Positions 17,208 through 25,230 of a stretch of 30,079 nt of DNA are shown here, in pieces; position 1 is the first letter of the stretch; each line of letters opens with the position of its first letter. The notes below the pieces were generated by a model. That model saw only the letters and a list, made by a program, of their open reading frames with translations. It made no database searches and was not told the origin of the DNA. This stretch comes from a virus: positions 1-30,079 of IMG/VR virus record IMGVR_UViG_3300045988_012809; one strand, 5' to 3'. Both the position numbers and the translations under genes were made by a program.

Positions 17208-19291
17208 GATTCGACCACCTCGTAATCCTCATAGCACCGGCAGTTGGGGTGTCCGTTCGGTGTTTGCATACTCTCGAAGTTGTTCACGTAGGTTCTGCCG
17301 CCTATTTCTACGCTGGCGTTCTCAGCCATATACGTGTCATCCAATGCGATTCGATTGCCTTCCATGTGATTGCAGAATTCGCATACTTTTTCGTCGCCGC
17401 TGGTGCGCCAAACCTTGGCTAGTCGGATGCCGAGTGTTTCGCTGAGGTTGCGGGCGCTGTACAAGCTGCCGAGCCGTTGGGATTGCACAGTCTCACACCG
17501 GGCAATCAGTTCGGCGTGTTCGTTGCTCATGCGTTCGAGCGCTTCTCGGAGGTGTTCTGCGTCCCACTGGTCCACGTCGGCCCGGTTCAACAGTTCGAGC
17601 ACGTCGTCCGTAATGGTCTTGCTGGTGGACTTGGCGATGCTCCGCAAGTGTTCCACGTAGGCTTCACGCACGGTTGCGGGGAGTTCCGTCCAAAAGTAGA
17701 GTTGCCGCCAATCATCTGCGGTGTATCCCTCGATATTCACGGCGATGGAGCTTTCGGGGTGGACTTCAGCCCACATGGTAATGACCTGTTCCAGTTCGTA
17801 GCCGGTACGGCGTGCGTAGGCTGCGAGGTTGGTCATCAGTTCGTCTTCCACGTCGTTTATCCACTGGTCGCCGATGGCTTCCAGATCGTCGCGTAGCCCG
17901 TTCTTGGAGCGGCGTGCCATGCGGATTACGCGGTTCACGTAGGTGCGAGTGGCGGGGATGATACGGGTTTCGGTTGCCGTTTCCTGCGATTTGATATTAC
18001 GGCTATACCGTTTTGCGGCTACTGGGATACTTAGTGTCGGGGCCTGCTGGTGCAGGTCAAGACGCTTATACGAGTCGGGGAGTCCGAGCGCGTCCACGGC
18101 AGCCTCCAAACTGGCCCCCATGTTCAAAAGCTGGGTCAGCGAGTCGACACGTACCTTCTGTGTGTCGGCCTGCACCTTTGCTATGTCGGTTTGGGACGGC
18201 AGGTTGAGATCGAACGTGATGCCGTAGCCGAGTCCTCCGGTGATGCGGTCAAGTTCGAATTGCCATTTATCCCACACCGTCATGCACAACGGTTTAAGGG
18301 TGTTTTCAATGAACGCGCGTTCCGCCTGTTCGGCGTTGGCGTAGGTTTGCCCGTTATCGATGCCTCGAATGATGTCCGGGACTGCGAGCGCGTTCGACAG
18401 TCGGTTGTTTACCACGTCGTTCACGGTCTGCAAGTCTAGACTGTCGTTGGCGTTCTGGAACGGTACCCATACGAGTTTGCTGGTGGTGCTGGGCTTATGG
18501 GTCATGGGGTCAACCGGGATCATGTTATAGACGATTCCGTTGTTGTTGCCTGCACCTCGGAACGTGCTTTCGAGTCGGTCGCGGTTGCGCTGGAAGTCCT
18601 CAGTGTTTTCCGACACGATGCCGAGCATTCCAGCGGGTACGGCGTTGTTGCCGAAGAAGCCACGCTCATAGTCGGCGATCATATCGTCCACGTTCGCCCA
18701 CTTCTTCACCGTCATGGCTGGTGCGATGCCGCGCGTCGGGTCGTTGGGGTGCTGGCTGTAGCTGAGGGCGATTGTTTCGTTTCGGGAGAATTCGTAGGCT
18801 TGTTCGCCGTCGCCCAAGTCCATAGTGACGCGATGGTACCAGTCCGAGCGCGTGGAATTATACTGGCGACTGTTCGACGGTAGGAGCGTGTATCCGATGA
18901 TGTTCGTTGGGGTGATGTCTCCGCCCGGCCCGTTGCTTGTCCAGATCAGAACATCCAAGTGGGATTGGGTGAGGATGCTGGCGCAAACGATCTTGAGGAA
19001 CTCCAAGCACGAATAGGTGTCGTTGGGCGCGTAGAGTGCGGCCAGTGGTGCGGGGGGCGGGTCGATACGGCGGTTTTCTGAGTCCACGGCGTAGGGGATT
19101 ACCGTGCTGAACCTTTGCGCGATGGCGTTGACGTAGGGGAACACGTTGTCGTAAGTATCGTGCATGGGGATGGTGTTGCCGCCCATTGGCTGCCACATGT
19201 TCCCGCCCATTGGTGTGGGGGACGTGCTGGGCGCATGGTTACGGTCGAAAGCGCTCATAAACCCGTCACGGAGATTGTTCAGCAGGCTCAC
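17204..19291 (-). CDS. Portal protein fused to a MuF / SPP1 gp7-like minor head protein domain
   Basis: 695 aa, located directly after terL. The C-terminus KVCEFCNHMEGN...TPNGHPNCRCYEDYEV is the MuF-family signature. Confidence 0.85.
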   Translation of the reverse strand: MSLLNNLRDGFMSAFDRNHAPSTSPTPMGGNMWQPMGGNTIPMHDTYDNVFPYVNAIAQRFSTVIPYAVDSENRRIDPPPAPLAALYAPNDTYSCLEFLKIVCASILTQSHLDVLIWTSNGPGGDITPTNIIGYTLLPSNSRQYNSTRSDWYHRVTMDLGDGEQAYEFSRNETIALSYSQHPNDPTRGIAPAMTVKKWANVDDMIADYERGFFGNNAVPAGMLGIVSENTEDFQRNRDRLESTFRGAGNNNGIVYNMIPVDPMTHKPSTTSKLVWVPFQNANDSLDLQTVNDVVNNRLSNALAVPDIIRGIDNGQTYANAEQAERAFIENTLKPLCMTVWDKWQFELDRITGGLGYGITFDLNLPSQTDIAKVQADTQKVRVDSLTQLLNMGASLEAAVDALGLPDSYKRLDLHQQAPTLSIPVAAKRYSRNIKSQETATETRIIPATRTYVNRVIRMARRSKNGLRDDLEAIGDQWINDVEDELMTNLAAYARRTGYELEQVITMWAEVHPESSIAVNIEGYTADDWRQLYFWTELPATVREAYVEHLRSIAKSTSKTITDDVLELLNRADVDQWDAEHLREALERMSNEHAELIARCETVQSQRLGSLYSARNLSETLGIRLAKVWRTSGDEKVCEFCNHMEGNRIALDDTYMAENASVEIGGRTYVNNFESMQTPNGHPNCRCYEDYEVVES

Positions 19292-19349
19292 ATTTTCCTC
19301 GATTCATCTAAAACCCTATGTCTAGTCTACCGGGGTGCAGGGCCTAAAC

Positions 19350-20609
19350 CTAGCAAACGGATACGTCCCAAGATGGCAGCTTCGGCGGTTCGTAGCAGGC
19401 AAGCAATACGGCGTCCGCTAGATCGGGGCTGCCCAAGTTCTCCCGGTCTTTGTAATCCTGTTTGCTTTCTATCTGTCGTTGGTTCCTGCTGGTGATTTTC
19501 CACCGTCGCGTGGTCAATTCGCTTGAGAGCTTGACGAAGTCATCAAGATTAGGGTTGATGCTCAATGATGGCAGCATGGTAGCAAAGTCGAACCATAGTT
19601 CGCTGGCAATATTCGGATACTGTTGGTCTTTGGCCTTACCGGCGTAGTTGATGGCGTCAACGGGCAGGCCGTTTGTCTTGAGCAGGTCTGTTAATCCTCC
19701 GCCTACACCGGTATCGTCTACGCGGATGGCTACGGGCTTGTACTGGTCTGCCCGGAGTTTGATGCGTTCCGCCGTGTCCACGATACTGCTGTGCGTCCAC
19801 GATTCCAAGATGCTGATTCGGTTGCCCTGTTTGATGCAGAGCGCTGTGCGGTCGTTGCCGTATCGGGCCACGTCCACGCCGAACGTCACGAGCCCGGTCA
19901 ATGGTTTGCGTTGTACGGCTTCGTTTATCATGGTGTCGCTGATTAGCTGGTTATCAGTGTCGGAGTATGGCAAGCCTAGCCAGATGTGAGCATAGTCCGC
20001 TGACTGTTGGTCGGCGTGGATCATGTTCAACACGTCTTGGCTTAGCAGGCGGCGCACGTCGTTGTAGGTGGTGTGCCAGTGGCATGTCTGGCGGCGGCGT
20101 TCCTCCGAGTCGCCCGTGATGAAGTACGTCCATACGGGATCATGTGAAGTTAGCGGGTTCCAAGTGAAGATCAGCGTGGAATTGGGTCGGCGGATAGTCG
20201 GGATAAGCGTGGTCAGGCTTTCCTTGCTGATGGTCTGCGCTTCCTCGACCCAACACACGTCCACGCCCTCGATGCTCTTGATCGATTCCAGATTATTGTG
20301 CAGTCCTCGGAAGATGAACATGCTGCCGTTGATGTGGCGGATTGCGTCGCGCGTGACCTCGAACCCCTTGACTCCGAACGATTCAATGATGTCGGCCAGC
20401 AGCTTATGCACGGAGTCGGTGATACTGTTCTGGAATTCGCGGGCGCACAATACCGTGATGGGTTGGGTGGCGGCGCGGAGTATGAGACTCTGCGCGACGC
20501 TTGTACTTTTGCCGCTGGCTCGTCCACCGGAATAGCAGTAATACCGGTATGGTGGCGTCTCCGAGTGGAGCCACCACCATAAGTCACGGTACGGTTTAGC
20601 TATCTTCAT
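19350..20609 (-). CDS. terL: Terminase large subunit (Terminase_3 / PBSX-type)
   Basis: Walker A YSGGRASGKST, VCWVEEAQ (Walker B), and a C-terminal RNase-H-like nuclease region (VDVARYGNDRT...VDDTGVGGG). Confidence 0.9.
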   Translation of the reverse strand: MKIAKPYRDLWWWLHSETPPYRYYCYSGGRASGKSTSVAQSLILRAATQPITVLCAREFQNSITDSVHKLLADIIESFGVKGFEVTRDAIRHINGSMFIFRGLHNNLESIKSIEGVDVCWVEEAQTISKESLTTLIPTIRRPNSTLIFTWNPLTSHDPVWTYFITGDSEERRRQTCHWHTTYNDVRRLLSQDVLNMIHADQQSADYAHIWLGLPYSDTDNQLISDTMINEAVQRKPLTGLVTFGVDVARYGNDRTALCIKQGNRISILESWTHSSIVDTAERIKLRADQYKPVAIRVDDTGVGGGLTDLLKTNGLPVDAINYAGKAKDQQYPNIASELWFDFATMLPSLSINPNLDDFVKLSSELTTRRWKITSRNQRQIESKQDYKDRENLGSPDLADAVLLACYEPPKLPSWDVSVC

Positions 20610-21100
20610 CCGTGCTTCCTGATAACGAAACTGGCGGTCTTCACACGACGCGACGTTTTACTGAAATTAGGCTTGTGCTTACGTGCGATTTCTACCGCGC
20701 GCTTCTTGTGAAAAATGTTGATATTGTTCCGGGTTAGCTTCCAATCGTCGTGGTGCAGCAGTGCGTGTTTCATTGCAATGTTCGAGGTTTGCAGGAAGCA
20801 ATCATATTTGATGCTCACATGCTTGGCTACCGTTGTGGCCAGCAGTCTCCCGAGCCCGATCCCCTGCCAGTCCGGGTGAATGACAATCCGATGTATGCGA
20901 GCCATTGCAGTACCGTTACGTCTGGGCATGATGATTACCGCGCAGAAGCCGACAGCCTCCCCGCAGTATTTGACCTCCCAACATCGGGCGTTGTTCTGTA
21001 TCTTGCCTGTCAGATAATGATATCGCTTAAACTTTGCCCACTCGCTTCGGTCGCATCGTTCGACGGTGAACCGTCGTTGAGCGGGCTTGAACGTTTTGGG
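20606..21100 (-). CDS. GNAT acetyltransferase domain in the -1 frame relative to the ATPase; it has no start codon that would give a complete domain
   Basis: The frame is open from 21115 to 20606: FTVERCDRSEWAKFKRYHYL...RCWEVKYCGEAVGFCAVII...IHRIVIHPDWQGIGLGRLL (acetyl-CoA Q/RxxGxG motif). The only ATG (20929) has no SD and would truncate the fold. Confidence 0.6.
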   Translation of the reverse strand, partial: PKTFKPAQRRFTVERCDRSEWAKFKRYHYLTGKIQNNARCWEVKYCGEAVGFCAVIIMPRRNGTAMARIHRIVIHPDWQGIGLGRLLATTVAKHVSIKYDCFLQTSNIAMKHALLHHDDWKLTRNNINIFHKKRAVEIARKHKPNFSKTSRRVKTASFVIRKHG

Positions 21101-21720
21101 TCGATCATCCCCATATCATTCGTGGAATACACCCAATCGGGTTGCAACCAGTCGAGTATATCGGAATGGCAGGTTACCGCGATGAACCGGAGTCCGGACG
21201 TGCGTTTGATGTGCTTGTGCAATGCAAGGCAGAGGTTATAGGCCACGTTCCGGTCAACCACGCTGGTGAACTCGTCGTAGGCCACGGGATTATCAGGTGT
21301 CGCGGAAAGCAGTGTGTAGGCCAGATCGGCACGCATTTTCTCACCGTTGCTCAGCACCGTGTAGGGTTTCAGCCATGACGGGACGCTGGAGAAACCGAGC
21401 GAGGTGAACATTCGTGTTATCTCCCCGACCGTGGGGCCTTGGGGCATGTCCATTATCACGCTGGGATTACGATGCTCAGGCAGTGGGATGAGACAGTCGC
21501 CGAACAGTTCGCGGGCGATGGTAGTTTTCCCTGTTCCGCTGGCTCCGACAATGGCGCCTATCTGCCAACTGTCAGGCAGGATTATCTCCCCTGTGAAGTG
21601 TTCCGTTACCTCGGGAACTGTGTAATCGTAGTCGGAGCGTATGGCGTTAACACGGAAGTTGTCTACCGGCGGCGTACTACTCCGAGTAATATCAATCTTC
21701 AGATGGTGATGATCTTGCAC
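21010..21720 (-). CDS. Soluble ABC-type ATPase (no membrane domain)
   Basis: Walker A GASGTGKTT, ABC signature LSNGEKMR, Walker B VAYDEFTS, H-loop VTCHSD. GTG start with SD AGGAGGG at 6 nt. Confidence 0.8.
   Translation of the reverse strand: MQDHHHLKIDITRSSTPPVDNFRVNAIRSDYDYTVPEVTEHFTGEIILPDSWQIGAIVGASGTGKTTIARELFGDCLIPLPEHRNPSVIMDMPQGPTVGEITRMFTSLGFSSVPSWLKPYTVLSNGEKMRADLAYTLLSATPDNPVAYDEFTSVVDRNVAYNLCLALHKHIKRTSGLRFIAVTCHSDILDWLQPDWVYSTNDMGMIDPKRSSPLNDGSPSNDATEASGQSLSDIII
21094..21100 (-). promoter_or_regulatory. Candidate -1 ribosomal frameshift heptamer C_CCA_AAA
   Basis: The zero frame reads gaC CCA AAA cgt. A -1 slip reads CCC AAA ACG and continues into the GNAT frame. A 6-bp hairpin lies at 21061-21076, 17 nt downstream. 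Confidence 0.4.
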
Positions 21721-22253
21721 GAATATCCCTCCTGTACAAGCTTGTCGAACACGGTTTCGAGTTCGCTTTCATTGTCCACGTTGACTTGGATAGCGTGCTT
21801 ATCGTCGATATCGTTCAAACCTTCATCACTGTCATGGTCTTCCATGTCAAGAGATGGCAGGTCAAACCCATAGAAGTCCATATCGAAGTCAGTCGTGAGG
21901 TCTTCCAGTTCCACGTCGAGCATATCCGCGTCCCACCCGGTGTTCATGGTGAGCTGGTTGTGAATGAGGGTGTAGGCTCGGCGTTGCGAGTCGGTCAGAT
22001 CATCAAGACAGATTACCGGGCATTCCTCAATATTAAGTTTCTGCAAGGCGAGTACCCTGCCGTGGCCTTCCACGATGATCGGGGTACCGTCCTTGTCATG
22101 CCAGACGGCCACAGGGTCGTTCATACCGAACTCACGTATACTTGCGGCGATCTGTGCCACCTGCTCGTCGGGATGCTGTTTCGCGTTCCGAGCATAGGGA
22201 ATCAGGTCACTGGTCTTCATGGTTTGGACTTGCAAACGTGGTTTACTCATCAT
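21699..22253 (-). CDS. ParB N-terminal (ParB/Srx) nuclease-like domain protein
   Basis: LIPYARNAKQHPDEQVAQIAASIREFGMNDPVAV...IIVEGHGRVLALQKLNIEECPVICLDDLTDSQRRAYTLIHNQ is the classic ParBc pattern. Confidence 0.85.
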   Translation of the reverse strand: MMSKPRLQVQTMKTSDLIPYARNAKQHPDEQVAQIAASIREFGMNDPVAVWHDKDGTPIIVEGHGRVLALQKLNIEECPVICLDDLTDSQRRAYTLIHNQLTMNTGWDADMLDVELEDLTTDFDMDFYGFDLPSLDMEDHDSDEGLNDIDDKHAIQVNVDNESELETVFDKLVQEGYSCKIITI

Positions 22254-22639
22254 TCGCTATTCTTCTTGTTCTCGGGATTATCGTCGAACGGTTCCAACAC
22301 GATACGCGGCGGCTCGTAGCCGGTCACGTTCACATCGGTGGACTGGTGGGGTTTCCCGTCCAAACGGTCGATCAGATCGGTAGCGACTTTCGGGTTCTTC
22401 TCCGCGTCCACAATATGCTTGACCGCGATACGTTGGATCATGGTCAGACTGGGGTCTTTCGCTTTCTCAGCGAATTCTTTTGCGGATAGTTTCCCGTATT
22501 CGCGTATCCACCGGGTCGGGCTGGTGTCTTTAGTCCATGTGCCTCGGTCTTGCGGGCGTTCTTGGAAGCCGCCTTTGCCGGTTGGATTGTTGACGCCGCC
22601 GGTGATTCTGCCGTGGGTGTCTCGGGTTACGTTGCTCAT
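22250..22639 (-). CDS. terS: Terminase small subunit candidate
   Basis: Contains NPTGKGGFQERPQ and LIDRLDGKPHQS, motifs remembered from small-terminase families. It heads the packaging module. Confidence 0.55.
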   Translation of the reverse strand: MSNVTRDTHGRITGGVNNPTGKGGFQERPQDRGTWTKDTSPTRWIREYGKLSAKEFAEKAKDPSLTMIQRIAVKHIVDAEKNPKVATDLIDRLDGKPHQSTDVNVTGYEPPRIVLEPFDDNPENKKNSE

Positions 22640-22649
22640 AAGAGGTATT

Positions 22650-22805
22650 TTATGCTTTCTTGGGTTTAGTTTGGTGTTGGTGTTGGTTGATGATGGTTTG
22701 TATTTCTTCTGTGGTGGTGTTGAGTAGTTGGGCGATGTATTCGGGTTGGTAGTGTTTGCGGTGCCATTGGAGGGCTAGTTCGGTTTTTCGTTGGCTGATG
22801 GGCAT
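22650..22805 (-). CDS. 51-aa putative HTH peptide (not in the ORF track)
   Basis: Hand translation: MPISQRKTELALQWHRKHYQPEYIAQLLNTTTEEIQTIINQHQHQTKPKKA. SD AAGGA at 7 nt. Confidence 0.45.
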   Translation of the reverse strand: MPISQRKTELALQWHRKHYQPEYIAQLLNTTTEEIQTIINQHQHQTKPKKA

Positions 22806-22814
22806 GGTGGTTCC

Positions 22815-22976
22815 TTAGGCGAGGATGTAGGTTATGAGGAGTTTGAGTAGGGCGATGGTGCCGGTGGTGGTGAGTAGGGTGGTTAGGGTGATGAGTAGTC
22901 CGCCGAGGATGCGGCCTAGTTTGTAGCCGGGGGTTGTGGTGTTGCGGAAGTAGTCGAATTCGTTTGGTTTTTTCAT
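22815..22976 (-). CDS. 53-aa single-pass membrane peptide (not in the ORF track)
   Basis: Hand translation: MKKPNEFDYFRNTTTPGYKLGRILGGLLITLTTLLTTTGTIALLKLLITYILA. ATGA overlap with the RusA stop. Confidence 0.45.
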   Translation of the reverse strand: MKKPNEFDYFRNTTTPGYKLGRILGGLLITLTTLLTTTGTIALLKLLITYILA

Positions 22977-23902
22977 TGGTTCTTTTCCCATGTGATTGTG
23001 AGGGATACGCCGGTGGGGGTGTTGTCGGCGTATCGTTTGTGGCTGATTACGTTGGTGATCTGGCAGTCGTCATGCCAGATGTGGGTTTCGGTGATGGCGT
23101 CGTATAGGGCGCGTTGGAGTTTGTCGATGTCTGGTTTGACGGTGGGGTGTTTTCGTTTTCTTGGTGGGATGGTTTTGGGGCGGGGTAGGTAGAACGTGGT
23201 TTCTACGGTCACGTATGAGTCGTGGGGGATGGTGGGAGCCTGGTGGTTGAGGATGGTGTCGCGTACATGGTCGCGCCACGGGCGTTCTTTTTTGTCCATT
23301 GGTATGAGGCGGGTGACTGGTTTGCCGGTGGTGCGGCTCCTGCCGGTGATTGGACGGTAGGAGCCTTTACTTGCGGGTATGCCGGGGATGAACAGTTTGA
23401 ACGAGGATGGTTTGCTGGTTATTGGTTGATCTCCTTCTAGTGTTTGACTCACGGTCGGGTCGTAACTCCAGTCAAGTCGTACAGGCACAGGATTGTGCCA
23501 CGTGTTTTCCGTTGTCTTTCCTTGTATTGTCTTGACTGTGAGTCGTATGGCGTTGTGGTATTCGGTTCTTGACGCGCAGTCAGAATCCCGTTGAGGGTAG
23601 GGGTCGGGTTTCAACGCCTCGTAGGACGTTTTCGTCCCGGCTTTGGTCTCGGCGTCCGTGGGTGGCGTGTTGCGGTCGCGCAGGTGCGGTGGGTCGAGCA
23701 TGATCATGCGGAACGTCTCGTCAGGGGATGGCAGGTCGCGGTGGTCCATCAGCGTGTCCGGCTTGACCTTGAATCTGCGTTCGTCACATAGTTTCCGACT
23801 TTCGTCGCGCATGTCACCGGAGAGTATACGGTTGTCTGACTTGTCGGAATAGAATATTCGTCCGCCGCAGGCTGGGTCGGGAACAGGTTGGTATGCGCTC
23901 AT
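22973..23902 (-). CDS. rusA: Fusion ORF: N-terminal fragment of a small SAM-dependent methyltransferase (ends at DPPH) plus a C-terminal RusA Holliday-junction resolvase
   Basis: N-terminus: ACGGRIFYSDKSDN...KVKPDTLMDHRDLPSPDETFRMIMLDPPHL. C-terminus: FKLFIPGIPASKGSYRP...TVKPDIDKLQRALYDAIT...IWHDDCQITNVISHKRYA (RusA motifs). Confidence 0.75.
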   Translation of the reverse strand: MSAYQPVPDPACGGRIFYSDKSDNRILSGDMRDESRKLCDERRFKVKPDTLMDHRDLPSPDETFRMIMLDPPHLRDRNTPPTDAETKAGTKTSYEALKPDPYPQRDSDCASRTEYHNAIRLTVKTIQGKTTENTWHNPVPVRLDWSYDPTVSQTLEGDQPITSKPSSFKLFIPGIPASKGSYRPITGRSRTTGKPVTRLIPMDKKERPWRDHVRDTILNHQAPTIPHDSYVTVETTFYLPRPKTIPPRKRKHPTVKPDIDKLQRALYDAITETHIWHDDCQITNVISHKRYADNTPTGVSLTITWEKNQ

Positions 23903-24139
23903 TTATCTTCGTTTCGTTGTTCCTAGTTTTTTGCTGTTGCTCATGTTTATGCCGCCCCAGATGCCTTGCAATGGGTAGCTGTTTATCACGGCATGTTTCG
24001 CAGCATATCGTTTGCATTCGTGTATCACCGGGCATGTGGAGCAGGCTTTAAGGGCTAATCGTTCCTCAATCCGTGTGGTTGGGAAAAACAGGTCAGGGTC
24101 CATGTCACGGCAAACGGCCTTGTTGCGCCAGTCGCTCAA
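23903..24139 (-). CDS. whiB: WhiB-family Fe-S transcription factor
   Basis: Four Cys (C10, C33, C36, C42), DPDLFFP, CSTCPVIHEC and GIWGG. Confidence 0.9.
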   Translation of the reverse strand: MSDWRNKAVCRDMDPDLFFPTTRIEERLALKACSTCPVIHECKRYAAKHAVINSYPLQGIWGGINMSNSKKLGTTKRR

Positions 24140-24588
24140 TTCAATTCCTTAGCAGCCTCATTGGCTAGTTGTCGTTTACGTTTCCGCTTTGCCTCATAAT
24201 GGGCGTGTTTCTCGGGATGCTCCAACATCCAACGGCGATGGTATTCAGCCATTTCACGTTGATGGGCGGCGGCATATTTACGGGCCGAAGCCCGAGCCTG
24301 AGTCAAATGTTTCGACCGGTATCGGCGTGCATACTCATTGCGTTTCTCACGATTACGAGCGTTCCGTTGGTTCGCCAGGTCACGCAGATGCTGCGCGTAC
24401 TCGGGGTCGGTTCGACGCCGTTCCTTGACACGACAGTTCCGGCACATGCCATCCTTGCCGACCCGGCACATGCTACCGCACCAATCGCATTTCGGGTGAC
24501 GTTCAGTTATCAGGCCGGACAGTTCGCCGCCGTTCCGGCAATAGTCGATGAACTCCTCATCGGTCATGTCATCAACGTTCACATCCAC
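24136..24588 (-). CDS. Zinc-ribbon protein with a basic, repeat-rich helical tail (unknown function)
   Basis: CDWCGSMCRVGKDGMCRNC, followed by R/K/N/E-rich repeats (NQRNARNREKRNEYARRYR...). The start is uncertain: GTG at 24588 or 24582, or ATG at 24567. Confidence 0.6.
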   Translation of the reverse strand: MDVNVDDMTDEEFIDYCRNGGELSGLITERHPKCDWCGSMCRVGKDGMCRNCRVKERRRTDPEYAQHLRDLANQRNARNREKRNEYARRYRSKHLTQARASARKYAAAHQREMAEYHRRWMLEHPEKHAHYEAKRKRKRQLANEAAKELN

Positions 24589-24707
24589 ACCTCCCCATTA
24601 GTGAACCTGCGGAACAATACAGGGTCGAGCTTGTACAACGCCCGCCGAAACTGCGGGTCACGGCAGAACAGTATGAACAACAGGTTTACTGCTTCTGTGG
24701 TTCGCAT
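24579..24707 (-). CDS. 42-aa ORF with a strong SD (not in the ORF track)
   Basis: GGGAGG lies 9 nt before the ATG. Hand translation: MRTTEAVNLLFILFCRDPQFRRALYKLDPVLFRRFTNGEVWM. The stop overlaps the next gene. Confidence 0.45.
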   Translation of the reverse strand: MRTTEAVNLLFILFCRDPQFRRALYKLDPVLFRRFTNGEVWM

Positions 24708-24739
24708 CGCGTTCAACCTCCCTTATCGTTCAGAAGCAC

Positions 24740-24922
24740 TCAACCATGTTGTGCGGTGAGATCAAGTCTGGTTAACGGCAGACGGTGCGCGCCGAGTGTT
24801 CTGATGAGGAGGTCGTGGTCTGCCGTGGTGCTGTGTCCGTCGTTGAGTTCGGTTTCGTCACCGTCGGTGGTGTCGGGACAGTTCTGCCACATCTTGACGT
24901 AGGCACGTTTCGTGATTTTCAT
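24740..24922 (-). CDS. Hypothetical protein
   Basis: ORF in operon context with an ATGA overlap onto the upstream gene. Confidence 0.5.
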   Translation of the reverse strand: MKITKRAYVKMWQNCPDTTDGDETELNDGHSTTADHDLLIRTLGAHRLPLTRLDLTAQHG

Positions 24923-25230
24923 GATTGCTCCTTTCCTGAGAATACGCCGGTTTGGTAGGCATCACAGATCATCCGAACAAGTTCGTCTGACTCTAGTCGG
25001 ATAAATGGGTACTCGCTCGTATCGATTTCACGGACAGCATCCTGTTTAGAGTTCTCGGTTTGTTCCGTTTCGTCGAGCTTCGATGGGGCCAATAATTCTA
25101 GAGTTTTATAGGAGACTTTGGCAGTTGATTCGATGGTGTAATTGTCATCTTGTTTGCTAATGTCCAGAGCTCTTATGGCCGAGTGGATTGCGCGATGCAG
25201 TTGTTGGTCCGTTACGAGATAGCGGGTCAT
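24919..25230 (-). CDS. Hypothetical protein
   Basis: ATG at 25230 preceded by AAAGGA. The track start at 25245 is TTG. Confidence 0.6.
   Translation of the reverse strand: MTRYLVTDQQLHRAIHSAIRALDISKQDDNYTIESTAKVSYKTLELLAPSKLDETEQTENSKQDAVREIDTSEYPFIRLESDELVRMICDAYQTGVFSGKEQS

Noticed and set aside
23814-24035. 73-aa minus-strand ORF overlapping whiB and the start of the RusA fusion
   Set aside because: It is an alternative frame of two well-supported genes and has no SD. Its composition reflects out-of-frame translation.
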